A DNA stretch of 64,000 bases from Octopus sinensis (GCF_006345805.1 NC_043005.1:25978001-26042000); one strand, 5' to 3'. Numbered from the stretch's first letter, positions 1 to 13,225 are shown. The notes: generated by a model from the letters alone, not told the origin. Numbers and translations are program-made.

Positions 1-407
1 TCACTGAAGATTTGGGGATGAGATGCATGTCTGCCAAGTTTGAGACAAAACTGCTTTCAGCTGACCAAAAAGACGGTTTCAGTTGCACACAATTTCCTTG
101 ATTGTGTCAAGAACGAAGAAAACGCTTTGAAAATTTTCGTAGGCATCTGAGCAAGTATCGCCAAGCTTTTGTCAAAATCTGATGCAGATTCTCTGCTCAA
201 CTTTCTCTGTCATGGTCAATGCGAAGATCACACACTTCACACCTTCCTTCCAAGCACTGCTGTAAACAGCTGAAGTGCGTTAGAACATTAAAACTTAGTA
301 CGTATGCACAGCAAAGTTCAGGGTCAATCTGTACCAAATTGCTTTACTTTGCGTGTTTTAGCTTCGTTACTATACCAACAGTCCGGATACTAACTGATCA
401 GACTTTG
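1..407 (+). mobile_element. Mariner transposon fragment with right TIR
   Basis: Frame 3 reads TEDLGMRCMSAKFETKLLSADQK (degenerate WVPxxL-region motif of mariner transposases). 348-407 matches the TIR of the MITE at 58411-58673 and ends in TA. Confidence 0.8.
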
Positions 408-1366
408 TAAAAATAACTGAATTTAAGTCTTGCATTTAAAAGCATATTTTTTCCTCATTTTCTCTACAACACCGTCAAATCGAAATTTGCTCGAAGAAAA
501 TGGCAAAACATCTGTGGCATTTATGAATAAATCACTTTTTCGATTACTTTTCTCTTAGTAAAAATAAATAATACTTGAAAAAAAAAAGAAAGCAATAAAC
601 ACAAGAAAATTATTATCTCAACCTAGACTGACAGGCATTATTTTTCTCAATTATCATCGTTTTGAACTTAAAGCTCCTTTATGAAAAGCACGCCTGGTTC
701 CGCTTGGCACGAACAGCCTGCATCTATAATATGATTTTCACTGCCATTAGTTTATTAAAAGATTAATTAATTGAACTCATATTTTTTTACATTTCATTAT
801 TTTTTTATTTATATATTTATTAGATGATTTCTTGTAGTTTTAGTATATATGTTTGCTTTCAACATTTTAAAAATATATTGTTTGTTTGTTTTACTTGTTG
901 CTTTTTAAATTTCTTATTCTCCTTCTATAAGATGACTTAATCAAGTGTCATGCAAATACGAATGGTTGAATAAAGAAAATATTTATTACATTAAATTGAT
1001 CAACGGTAGTTAATTAATAATTTTAAAAAATGTGATTCATGGAAACCTACTTTCATATATTAATAAATTGGTAATTGTTTAAACACGCTTACACACTCAC
1101 ACAAGGACAGACTAGTTACATACGCATACATATAGTTACATACATATATATATATATACACACACATATATATATAAACGTATACATGAGCATACACACA
1201 CACAAGATACAAAAAGAGACATATGTGTGCGTGTTTGAGTGTGTGACTTTGTCTATGCCTGTGTATTTATGTGTGTATGTGCGCGTACGTATATATACAA
1301 ATATACAAATGTATATGCATATATATATACATACTTTATTTTAAGCAGCAGAAAATTCAACAAAAT

Positions 1367-1404
1367 CTGTTACTCTGAGTTTCTCGTTGCCGTTCATCAG
1401 ACAA
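1367..1404 (-). ncRNA. Mirror hammerhead on the opposite strand of the palindrome
   Basis: Reverse-complement arm gives the same core; stem I UUGU/ACAG with one G.U pair. Confidence 0.58.
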
Positions 1405-1405
1405 A

Positions 1406-1443
1406 CTGTCTGATGAACGGCAACGAGAAACTCAGAGTAACAG
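1406..1443 (+). ncRNA. Minimal type-I hammerhead ribozyme (Penelope LTR-type)
   Basis: CUGU-CUGAUGA-A CG GCAA CG A-GAAA-CUC A GAG-UA^ACAG: stem I CUGU/ACAG, intact core, GUA site. Stem II is only 2 bp with a GNRA loop. Confidence 0.68.
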
Positions 1444-1545
1444 ATTTTGTTGAATTTTCTGCTGCTTAAAATAAAGCATATTACTCTACCACTGGTATTT
1501 GAGTACTCTTTTTTCCACCTTGTTTCACATTTATGTGTTTACTCC

Positions 1546-1635
<90 letters not shown>

Positions 1636-3503
1636 TAAGGGAGTGCTGTGGTCCTTATGGACACGGAATTTTATAAACACCTAGTTTTTTCCATGCTTAA
1701 CAATAACATTTTCTATGAGGTTATTAACAACTACAAACAGCAAAAAACAATCAGAAACCTCACCACACTCATACGCCAACACGGTCAGGGACTCACAGAA
1801 AAAGAAAGGGATTATATCACCATTTTCAAATGCAAGTCCAGCCTTTTTTATGGCCTTCCTAAAATCCATAAAAACAAATACATCACCGAAGCCTGCAAAC
1901 TCTCCACTGACATCCACATCAACATCAAAGCACCGGAGGACCTAAAACTAAGGCCCATCGTGGCTGGTACCTCCTGTGAAACACACCGCCTGAGTAACTT
2001 CCTAGATATCCTTTTGAAACTTTCCTTACCCACATCAAAAGTTTCATTAGGGATGATCTGGACATGCTCAAACACCTCCCGAAAACAGTTAACGAGGAGG
2101 CACTCCTGGTATCCTTTGATGTCATCAACCTCTACACCAACATCCCACATGAGTATGGTATAGAGGCAATTGACTTCTGGCTAGAAAAACACCCAGAGAC
2201 ATTCCCTGACCGCATTAACAAGTCTTTTATTACAGAATCTCTTCAAGTTCATTCTGACAAACAATTTTTTCTCTTCGACGACACACACTACCGTCAAAAA
2301 TGTGGCATTGCGATGGGTATCAAGGCTGCACCAGTCCTTGCGAACCTCATAATGGGTTACTTCGAACTGTCACTCTATGAAATATCAAGCCAGAAATTTG
2401 GACATGTTTTCCACACCTACCTAATGGAAAACTGGAAAAGGTATTAGATGATTGTTTCATCATATGGAAAGAACCTTATGAAAAACTCCTGGAATTCAAA
2501 ACCATACTAAACAACATACATCACAACATCCAATTCACTATGGAATTAAGCAAACATCATCTCCATTCCTTGATCTCCTAATTATAAAAACACCTAAGAA
2601 CCAAATCATAACAGACATCTACCACAAACCTACAGACTTACAACAATACCTCCTCTTTAGTTCATTCCACCCAAAACACACCAAGACAAATATCCCTTTC
2701 AATTTAGCTAAAAGGTATGCACCATTGTCTCGGATCCAAAAACACGAGAAATACGCCTTCAAGACCTCAAAAAAACACTATTACAACGTCAATATCCCTC
2801 CACCCTTATAGAGTATGGAATAAAACGCGCCAAAGAACTAGACAACACTACACTGAAAACCACCCAACCTAACACCACACACAACCTCAAAATATTCCAT
2901 ACATTTCCACCCACAACCCCAAAAATATCGAAGCATACACCACATCATACAAAACCTCAGTCTACTGTCAACAGACCCAAAAATGAAAAACATATAAATA
3001 CACACAAAATCCTCAAATGCAAAAGGCAACACAAATCTTTAAAAAAACTCTTGACAAATGCCAAACTTCACACACCACATCCACCCCAACAGTAAAAAAA
3101 TGTGCACGCTCAAACTGTGTACCTGCCCCTTTCTACTTGAAGGCTCTGAATTTACCTTCAAACAAGGTACGAAGTTTAAAATCAAGACTAACTTCTCCTG
3201 TTCCTCCGAGAACCTTATCTACGTTCTCACATGCGCTGGTTGCCAACATAATTATGTTGGACAAACGAGTCTCCCGTAACGTAAACGAGTAACGGTGCAT
3301 AAAGAACAAATAAATCTCCCGGAATACCGACAAATTCCACTGAGTGACCACTTAGACTCATGTGCTAAAGACTTAACCCCCAAATTCTATATATCCCCTT
3401 CTACCAATGTAAAGACGGGATCACCACACAGGAGAGAATTAACAAGGAGAATCTCTTTATTGAAAAATTCCAAACACAACTTAATATGCAGACTCCTCGT
3501 TGA
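1636..3503 (+). pseudogene. 5'-truncated, frameshifted Penelope-like element ORF (RT + GIY-YIG endonuclease), Neptune-like
   Basis: Motifs across frames: KGSAVVLMD, FYGLPKIHK, LRPIVAG, LVSFDVINLYTNIP, YRQKCGIAMG, WKRY(L)DDCF, TDIYHKPTD, Cys-rich linker (KCARSNC..TCP), NLIYVLTCAGCQHNYVGQT, ENLFIEKFQTQLN. At least 5 frameshifts. Confidence 0.92.
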
Positions 3504-4122
3504 TCAAACTTCCTTTCTCTCCTCACTCTTCATGGATGGACTAACACAAATATATAAAGATACCATGCATTCATCACTTCAAGCTAAAACTTATATTCTT
3601 TAAATATCATTTTTACTATTGTTGTTATTACTATCATTTTTATTATAAATGATATGACAATTTGAAATGCAATTGTCTATGCAGATTTATATAATTAGAA
3701 AATAATATAAATAAAGTGTTAAAATCTGAAAGTTAAGTTAACAAGCAATTATATAAAAAAGATAACGCAAATGAAGCTAAAATGATAATTTTATAATTTG
3801 GGTTTTATTGAAGAACTCAAAAGAGTTGTCTCCTCTTACTCACAACACAGGAACTGAAGAACCACAATTACTACTACTTCCTGTCCTGCAAACATGCTGA
3901 ATTAAACAACACAACACATGCTCTTAATCCCTTTGGATCTTAACACCTCAAGGTAATTTTTTCGTGAACAACCATAAAACTCAAGATACACAACGAACTC
4001 ACAATGTATCGGAGAACTTATTTTTTAATTTTTGTACATTTTTATCATTATTCTTTTACAAAAAACAATGCAATTTTCTTTTTTCCCCTTTCTAATTTTT
4101 AAAAAAACTTTTTAAAACATAA

Positions 4123-4169
4123 ATATTCTTGACAAGTCATACAATGACGAAAACCGGTTGAATAAATAT
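4123..4169 (+). ncRNA. Degenerate hammerhead in the 3' LTR region of the Penelope element
   Basis: UAUUC-UUGACAA-GUCA UACAA UGAC-GAAA(A)-CCGG-UU^GAAUA. Stems I (5 bp) and II (4 bp) and the CCGG palindrome are intact; the core has C3U and G8A changes and an extra A. Confidence 0.5.
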
Positions 4170-4253
4170 ATATTTATATATTTTATCAATTTCTCATTTT
4201 ATTAAAATTTTCTTTCATTTGAGCATTCTGCATTTTTAAAAAAATTTTCTTAC

Positions 4254-4314
<61 letters not shown>

Positions 4315-4499
4315 CATATATATATATATATATATACATATATATAGAGAGAGAGAGAGACAAAGAGAGAGAGAGAAGGGAGAGAGACAGATAAGTAAAT
4401 TTATCTACGTTGATATACATATATACAAATACATACACACACACACACGAGCGCACTCACTCACACACACACGGCACGTTATATCCTTGAACATGACAT

Positions 4500-4670
4500 A
4501 TTCTTTCTCGTTGCGCCAGTCCATTCAGCAGGCAAAAATGAGTTGTACCTGTAATTCAAAAGCTCAACCCTGTCATCTGCCGTGTCACGGAATCTTCCTG
4601 AGAACTACGTTAAAGGTACGCGTGTGTGCAGTTATCAACCACTTGCAAGTTAATTACGCGATTAGGCTAT
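4500..4670 (+). mobile_element. SINE family C tail (variant 2) fragment
   Basis: Similar to 52210-52340 (ttgtacctgta.ttcaaa...gagaactacgtt.a.ggtac.cgtgt). Confidence 0.55.
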
Positions 4671-4674
4671 ATAT

Positions 4675-4870
4675 ATATAAAGGGAAAGTCTACGAACATA
4701 AACAAAAGTCGAAGGCAGGTGGTGTACAAACAAACAAATGTATTAGTATAGCGCTCAGAAATAGAAAAAGTCTTTTACGTTTCGAGCCTACGCTCTTCAA
4801 CAGAAAGATACACCGAAAAAAAACAAGGAGAGAAACAAGGAGAGGAAAAAAAGGAGAGAAAAAATGTATG
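4675..4870 (-). mobile_element. Penelope-LTR-like non-coding repeat carrying a variant hammerhead
   Basis: Homologous to 51560-51750 and to the tail fragment at 8170-8270; ends in (TA)n. Confidence 0.7.
4771..4808 (-). ncRNA. Hammerhead variant with CUGUUGA core
   Basis: UCUUU-CUGUUGA-A-GAGC GUAG GCUC-GAAA-CG-UA^AAAGA: 5-bp stem I, 4-bp stem II, ACGU palindrome, A6U. Confidence 0.6.
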
Positions 4871-4959
4871 TAGTAGCTAACGATCTATCATGGCGTCTAT
4901 ATATATATACATACATACATACATACATACATACATACATACATACATACATACATACA

Positions 4960-4991
<32 letters not shown>

Positions 4992-5388
4992 GCATGTACG
5001 AGCACCTCTTGCTCACGTTGTAAGTATATATCTAAATTCTTTACGACAATCTACTTTCTTCCCTCTTGCCTTTTTCTCGCACCCTCTCTCTCACATTTCT
5101 TGGCATTGTCTTTCTTTAATATCTCTACTTCCCTCTGTTATCTCCCTTGTATCTCCCCCCCCATCTCTCTCTCTCTAGATCCTTCCCTAATTCTTCAATC
5201 CTTCTGCCTCCTATCTCTCTCTGTTCCACCCACGTGATGGAAGCGCAGCCTGGCATGATCTTTCTTTCTTGGCCTGATCGTCACACAACACCTTATTTTC
5301 CTGTCTGTCATCGTATCGTCTATTTGTCCGTATGTTTTTACTGTCGTCTGTTACGTTCTATTTCTTGGATTTAAATATATATATATAT

Positions 5389-5666
5389 CATCAGAAAGAA
5401 GTCCGGCGTGATAGAGTATACTCGCAGCAAGTATAGATGGGCTGGACACGTCACCCGGCTCACCGATAATCGGTGGACGCACGCAGTTGTCGAGTGGTAC
5501 CCGCGTGAGCTGAAAAGACCACGATGGAGTAACGATTTCAAGAGGACGATTGGGATCACGTGGATGAGAAAGGCGCGATCCAGAGAGGAGTGGACAGCGT
5601 GCTGTGACCAGCGGTGTCAAATGGACGCCTGACGGACTGGTCGGTCAAAGTGATCAAGTGATCAAA

Positions 5667-5670
<4 letters not shown>
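5389..5670 (+). mobile_element. RTE-clade LINE 3' end
   Basis: KYRWAGHVTRLTDNRWTHAVVEWYPRELKRPR...W, stop, then a short tandem tail (tcaa(a)gtga)n; flanked by (TA)n. Confidence 0.9.
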
Positions 5671-5701
<31 letters not shown>

Positions 5702-6023
5702 CTAATAATAATATATCTACATATATATATGTATATATACATGCATATATGGGTACAAGACGTGAAGAACATGAAAAGCGAGAACATAAAACAAAACGAA
5801 AGAAAACCATGGAAAACGAACTTTTTATCGAACTACGAAAGAAACAAATACAGACACGAGACAGGCAACATAAAGAACAATCCTTTCATCAGTTGTACCC
5901 TGTTTTATCTACTCCACGTTTTCACTTTTTTTACGTTTTTTTGTTACGTCCTGTACCAATATATGCATGTATATATACATATATATGTAGGTATGTACAT
6001 ATATGTATATATGTATATGTATG

Positions 6024-6057
<34 letters not shown>

Positions 6058-6285
6058 ATATATATATAATAAATATTAGGGAATAAATTCAAACTTACAG
6101 GGAAAAATCAGATTTAGGATTGAATCCAATTTTATAGTGGGATATTAATTATATTTTTTAATAATTTTGTTACATATTTAAATAATATAAATTAATCATA
6201 TGTATTGGCTTAAGTCTTTCATTGTTTGATTTGCCTAATAGTGGTTTTGTCTCTAATTTAATATAATATATATATATACATATAC

Positions 6286-6342
<57 letters not shown>

Positions 6343-7591
6343 ATATATATATAATATATATATTATTTATATAATTATATGATCGAACGCCACGCATCCA
6401 TTTCCATAAGTTTTATCTTTCTATCTATACATACATGCATACATACATACATACATACAGATGTTTCATGTTATCATGTTTGACCATTGGTGATCAATGA
6501 ATAAAATTACTTCGATGACACGATATTTCAGCTTGGGAATCAGCTATGCAGACGAGTGGAAAGTCTCAACTGATGCTGCTGCTACTTACACTAGGCCCTC
6601 GAAGTGGCTAAACCTACGGAAGTGGTAGTATTTCATTGTTGCATATGTGTGATATCCTGACAACCATAATGAAAGATTCATTGTCTGCGATTCTAAGAAG
6701 TTTCAGTCAATAGTAATCAATGAAGACTATAACTGACTATACAGCCTTTCAACAAGGACCCCAGTCTCATAAAAGGCCAGAGAATGACGATTCCCCCTGC
6801 CTTCCAAACCCGGCTAATATCCCAAAACGCTCTTTACCTATACACTTATAATTGCGCTTATACTCTTTTATGCTAGCTAACAACATACATTCACAAAATA
6901 GCTAATACATTCATCTCCTTTACTGCAGATTCCGGGTTTCAATTTACGAAGTGGCATTATTTCAATGTCAAGGATGAGCAAAATATTCGGAACAACACAA
7001 CTGGACTGTTTGATCATTTCGTTTAGTCGTTTGTCACTCGTGCGCTACGCAGTCTTGCTCGTAAGACGCAGACGCTAGGAAGGGCAAGTCTTTCTTTAGT
7101 AAATCTGAGAAGCAGCAAGCGTATTAGACTTACACTCTCGTTCTCACACAATATGTCCAATGGCAACAAAAAATGTCACAAGACAATTAAAAATTGTAGA
7201 ATTTAGGAGACAGATAATGTGGTTGAAGACATCCGCATCGTAGTACATCTGACGTGGTGTGTCTCCGGGCCAGCCATTTGCTCAGTAACATGGCTTCTAG
7301 TCCAACATGATGGTATGTGCAACCTGCATTAGCTGCCTACTGGACTGTTTGCCGCAGTCTTCAAAGCTGAGGAGAGGAACTTTACTTATTTCTTCCAAAG
7401 TAACTAATGATCTACAAAGAGCAATTAATTTATCATTTGTTTACCATTACGAAATCAAAGCTGGGTACGTGATGTCTAAAATGCCCGGTCGTTTTATAGC
7501 GTATATGTGTGTGTGTAGTTGAATATCTGTGTGTATGCAAGCATAAATATGTATGTATATATGTACAATCACATACACACACACGCGTGTA

Positions 7592-7622
<31 letters not shown>

Positions 7623-7654
7623 CAAACACACTCGTATATGTTTATACATATATA

Positions 7655-7699
<45 letters not shown>

Positions 7700-7972
7700 T
7701 AAATGTATAACTGCCTGTTGTTTCATATTCTGTTAGTAAATAAATTTATTGATGCTAAAGGTTGCAGAGCTTCGCTTTGATGCACATATCATGAAGGAAG
7801 TTGGCAAGAATTTAATCATTATATCAATATTGGAAATGGTAAGGTCAAGATAGGCTACGTCGTTACAGAATAAGACGCTGTCATATATGGCGACTTTATA
7901 CACACATTTCAAATACATTCTATTCAGTTCTTATACACTCCACAAATACTATATTTGTGTGTGTATATATAT

Positions 7973-8020
<48 letters not shown>

Positions 8021-8023
<3 letters not shown>

Positions 8024-8428
8024 GTTAGCGAAGAGGGTTTAGATAATCCAAGCGTACAACTGTAAACTAGGGAATAAATGTAACGCCATGTTGTATTCCC
8101 TTCTTCACTTATTATATAAACAACACATACACACACATACATATACATACCTACATACATATATGTAAATATAATTTCCTGAGCGCCATACTAATACAAT
8201 TGTTTGTTTGTTTTCCACCTGCCTTCGTCTTTTGTCTATTTTCATAAAGCTTCCCGTTATATATATACATACATATATATGTGTGAGTATGTATATATGT
8301 ATGTATATACTACAATGTGTGTGTGTGTATATGTGTGTTGTTAGCGAAGAGGGATTAGATAATCCAAGCGTACAACTGTAAACTGGGGAGTAAATGTAAT
8401 GCCATGTTGTATTCCATTCTTCATTTAT
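8021..8428. repeat. Direct duplication of a ~90-bp segment (8021-8112, 8336-8428) around an LTR-tail fragment
   Basis: gtgttgttagcgaagaggg...gccatgttgtattcc occurs twice with few substitutions; 8170-8270 matches the reverse complement of 4675-4760. Confidence 0.8.
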
Positions 8429-8503
8429 ATAAATAACACAGACATGCATATATATGTATAATATAATATAATATAATACAATATAATATAATATAATATA
8501 ATA

Positions 8504-8535
<32 letters not shown>

Positions 8536-9078
8536 CACACATACATATATATGTGTGGGTGTGGGTGTATCTATATATGTATGTGTGTATGTATGTGTGT
8601 ATGTACGTATGTATGTATAACTCCTCTAATTATGAACATCTAAATCTGTGTATTGACCGAATGTGAGATAATATAGCAAGCTTCAGTCACGTGTAAGAAG
8701 TAAGAGAATTAACCAAATATCGCTCAAAGAAAATACCACCAAATGTTCAGCATGCACTCGAATGCATGTACCACGGCAGTAAATGACAACATCTGGAAAA
8801 AAGAGTATATGAAAAACGGTTTCGATTCCCATGTGGGTGTTTGCACTTCTGATAGTGACTCAAAAAAAAAACGCGGCCGTTTCAACTATATTAATATTCC
8901 CCACAATGCACACCTCTAGGTCAGTGGAGTTGTTTAGTCATCGCTAAATGATTAAATAACACACTGCGCAGTTACATGGCTTCCAGTTGAATCTCCTTTA
9001 CATGGCATATAGGTAAAATATTTTCTTAATAAGCTAATCTAACGTAAATTTTCCGTTTCCATTATTATTATTATTATT

Positions 9079-9636
9079 GAGTGAGAGAGCAGTGCATGCC
9101 ATCAAAGAGACACTGGGGTAAAATATACGGAGCCAAGTATACCCATCCTGACTACCCGTCTGATAAGGGTACACGAGGTACATGCATCACAACCATATGT
9201 GCACGACATGGTGATCTCATATCAAGATAAACAGCGCATGACCTTGCAGGTGGGGCCCAGTTAGAATTTTCATCGGCTCGAGTAACCCATCCCGCTCAAA
9301 AGGACCCCGAATAAGAGTTGTTTAAGGATGCTAAACGAAACACTCATGTTTCCAAGGGTGAATTATTCAAACTCCAAAGAATCCCTCTCAACACATGGCT
9401 ATGATGCTCCCCCACTACTTCTGCTCGTGATCAGAGATGCATATATTGTCAGCTACTACGGGACATGCTCAACTGGTTAAGGTCAAACAACTGACAAGCA
9501 AATCTGTGGTATTGAGCAGAATATTTGCTGTAGCACAGCTTTTATACCAAGACAAAACATTGTACATGATAATACTTACAATCAGTTAAGATCAGGGGTC
9601 ACGAGAGGCACTGTCTGATACTGCATCAGGGCATTT
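9079..9636 (-). mobile_element. ~560-bp non-coding element inserted in (TAA)n
   Basis: Homologous to 30311-30870, 31762-32319 and 33193-33743; both flanks are (TTA)n. Confidence 0.9.
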
Positions 9637-9652
9637 ATTATTATTATTATTA

Positions 9653-9707
<55 letters not shown>

Positions 9708-9760
9708 GATTGTTATCATCATCATAATCATCATCATCATCATCATCATCATCATTATTA

Positions 9761-10188
9761 AGGCGGCGAACTGGCAGAAACATTAGCTCGGCAGGCGAAA
9801 TGCTTAGCGGTTTTTCTTCTGTCTTTACTTTCTGAGTTCAAATTCTGCCGTCGTCGACTTTGCCATTCATTTTTCGGGGTCGATAAATTAAGTACCAGTT
9901 GCGTAGTGGGGTCGATCTAATCGACTGGCCCCCTCCCCCAAAATATGGGGCCCTGTGCCTAGAGTAGAAAAGAATATTAATATAAGGCATGAGGCGGCGA
10001 GTTGGCAGGGTCGTTAGCCGGACCAAATGTTTAGCGGTATTCCGTTTGTCTTTACGTTCTGGGTTCAAATGCCGCCGGTTTCCTTCATGATTTCGGAGTC
10101 GATAAAATAAGCTGAGCAGTGAAGTCGATGTACTTATCTTATTCCCCCCGAGCTTGCTGGCCTTGTGCCAAAACGTGAAAACAATATT
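9761..10188 (+). mobile_element. Two tandem family-A tRNA-derived SINEs (Meta/MESC-like central domain)
   Basis: Head aggcggcgagctggcag...ttctgagttcaaat; body gtcgactttgcc.ttcat...cggggtcgataaattaagtaccagtt, which resembles the MetaSINE core (recalled, not searched). Confidence 0.85.
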
Positions 10189-10342
10189 GATATAATAGGT
10201 AAATGTTCGACAACATTCGTCATGATTTTTGCATCAAAACGATTTCAGATTTGTAATATTTATCGTCAATAAATTTATTCACTAACAGTATGTTAGTGAT
10301 AACAATACGAAGACATATAAAAGTATGTATACATACTGATGA

Positions 10343-10736
10343 GACGCAGGAATGGCTGTGTGGTATGAAGCTTGCTTCCCAACCACATGGTTCCGAGTTC
10401 AGTCTTACGGTGTGGCACCTTGGGCAAGTGTCTTCTATTATAGCCTCGGGCCGACCAAAGACTTGTGAGTAGATTTGTTAGACGGAAACTGAAAGAAGCC
10501 TGCCGTGTATATATGTGTGTGTGTGTGTGTATGTGTCTGTGATGGTCCCCATCATCGCTTGACAACCTATGATGGTGTGTTTACATCCCCCATAACTTAG
10601 TGGTTCGGTAAAAGAGACTGATAGAATAATCAATAGGCTTACAAAGAATAAGTTCTGGGGACGATTTGTTCGAATAAAGATAGTGCTCCAGCATGGCCGC
10701 AGTCGAAATGACTGAAACTAATAAACAATAAAAGAA
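10343..10736 (+). mobile_element. Family-B tRNA-derived SINE
   Basis: A-box-like tggctgtgtggta, B-box-like gagttcagtc, ggcaccttgggcaagtgtctt core, internal (TA/TG)n, tail atgactgaaac. Confidence 0.85.
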
Positions 10737-10776
10737 TATATATATATATATATAATATATATATAATATATATATA

Positions 10777-10807
<31 letters not shown>

Positions 10808-11009
10808 CAATAAGAAAATGGAGGGGATCGATAGGTGGTATTCATCAACTTTTAGACATTATATTATGTCAATTTATTAATTTATTTACTAAATTGGCAA
10901 TTACAACAATATACAGACATGTTGAACATATTATGCTTTACATGTATAACGTAATAACGATACCAGCAATTATTAAAATAAACCATACAGGAACAGAAAT
11001 TGGGAAAAT

Positions 11010-11133
11010 ATCTTACAGCTGTTTCAGCCCAGAGGACAAAATACCTCATTCTACCTTTATCCTTCCAGTAGACTAAAGTAATTAGTAGATAAAATTGAGG
11101 TACTTGGGTGTTTCTCTAGGCTTCGTCAGAGAT
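11010..11133 (-). ncRNA. Hammerhead ribozyme with a long structured loop-II insertion
   Basis: AUCU-CUGACGA-AGCCUAGAG...CUCUGGGCU-GAAA-CAGCUG-UA^AGAU. Intact core, 4-bp stem I, 9-bp stem II, 89 nt between the AGCC and GGCU strands. Confidence 0.8.
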
Positions 11134-11344
11134 TTTAGAAAGTACATAAGGTTAAGTTATGAATATAAATACACACACATATACATACTTATACCTATAC
11201 ATACATATACATACTTATACCTATACATACATATACATAACTATACATAAATACATACACCTACACTTAAAGGTACATACATATTTGCATGTATACGCAT
11301 ACACAAAAACCAATTATTATTATTATTGTTATTATTATTATTAC

Positions 11345-11400
<56 letters not shown>

Positions 11401-11574
11401 GATGCATTATATCATTCATATTAGATAAAATATAAACAGAGATATGAGAAAGTTATAAGAGGAGTACTATTGTAATTTATATAATCAGTGTATCTTAAAG
11501 TTATTTTAGTTATGTAAGAATGAAACTACATATACATGGGGAACATACATACATACACACACATACACACATAC

Positions 11575-11614
<40 letters not shown>

Positions 11615-13225
11615 CCGCTTAAACATAATCATAGGTGCATACGTATTATATGTGTTTAGAAGGGAGATTAAGTGCAGCAGTTTGTATCATTATAATTATA
11701 TAATTATAACAATAATACACAAACTTATATTTTTCATATAAACGTGTTATGTTCATATATGTATGTATGTATGTATGTATGTGTGTATGTGTGTATGTAT
11801 GTGTATACATGTGTATGTAAATATATGCATGTAATTGTGTGTGTGCGTATGGGTGTGTATGAATGTGTGTGTAAGGATGAATGCACGTGCGCATGTGTGT
11901 CTGTGTGTTTGTGTGTGTGCGCGCGTGCGCGCGCGTGTGTGTGTGTGTGTGTGAAGAAAGGTTTTCTTAAATTAAAAGCTATCAACAATATTTTCTTAAT
12001 CGTTAAAACTCAGAATATGCACAATTTACAAGTAAGTTTCGATATAGCTTTATGCTCTCTTTGCTATTTACGGCTTTTCAAACACTCGTATTATGGAGGA
12101 ATCCATCCAGAAGAAGATGTGTATATATGTATGTATGTAAATATATATATATATATATTCCATAAATAGGGAGAGGTATTTTAATCATCAGGTACGAAGC
12201 TGTAATCGTTACCGTCATTCTGCCAATAAAATAATCGAACCATAATCACCAATCGACAAAACCTTTAATGCGTTACTCGGTGTACCAGTTCCAGCGATGA
12301 AAACTTACTGTTGTTCGGTTTAACTGCAACACTTCGTCATTGACTGCATTGAAGTCCTTTTTCTGTTGAATACATTGGTTGGATCTTGGGTCTGAAGACA
12401 ACTTCTTCCTTTTTTGCCATCTGTTGTTGAGGACCAAGTGAAGTTATGGGAAGATGTTGTTCCCCCTTTCATTTCACCATTTAAAATATCAAATTTGTCA
12501 TAAATCCAATTACGTGCGTTCAAAATACTGAGACTAGATCGCGTGGAACTACATAGATACTTGACGTTTTACATTGTATGCCTCAGATACAGTTATTATA
12601 ATTTTTTTATTATATCTTTTTCAAATATAGTCTGTGATTAATAGACCGAAAATTATTGGTGTTCGAACTCGGATTTAGATTTTATTTCTGTCACAAGAAA
12701 TGAATAACAGCATGAACTGAAGGCAGTAGTATTAACTCGGCAACTTATTCGGTCGGTTTCTATTTCCACAGTATGCTTCGGAGTAGTCACTTGGATCTCT
12801 TTAATCTTTAAACACTATTTTTCTTTATGTACGTATATATATATATATAAAACAAACTCATCAAGAGACATAGATTCTAGTCCCATAGCTGTTTGTTGAC
12901 AAATTTTTCCGCTTTCTAAGGGTAATTTCCCCAATGTTTCTGCTCTTCTAACGTGTATTTATATATATATATATAAATACACATATATATTGAGGTTATT
13001 ATTGAGACCCAAAGGTATCAGGTAGTACTTGGAATGATCAAGTTTAAATACAGCTGGATCTCACTCATAAGGTATTGGAATCTTACATATATACCATTCT
13101 AACTAAAAAATGGATCTACAACTTCAATATCCCTACATATCTCACATCTATTTTCTTTCCTCCACCTCACTCTCTATATTGTATCGTATCTAAACTAACT
13201 ATTACTTAACCATCCTCTCACACCA

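Larger units (their letters stand above)
1334..1476. repeat. Perfect 70-bp inverted repeat with 3-nt loop
   Basis: 1334-1403 is the exact reverse complement of 1407-1476; loop AAC at 1404-1406. Confidence 0.97.

Noticed and set aside
7207-7838. Two plus-strand exon candidates (7207-7312 and 7761-7838) with GT donors
   Set aside because: Acceptors lack polypyrimidine tracts, the phase-compatible join contains a TGA, and the peptide is unrecognised.
12300-12530. Minus-strand exon candidate ending in GTAAGT
   Set aside because: Short, competing frames, no recognisable domain.
12855-12905. Possible type-II hammerhead on the minus strand (GGGAC/GUCUC, UUGAUGA)
   Set aside because: Lacks G12 and C3 and has no proper stem III.
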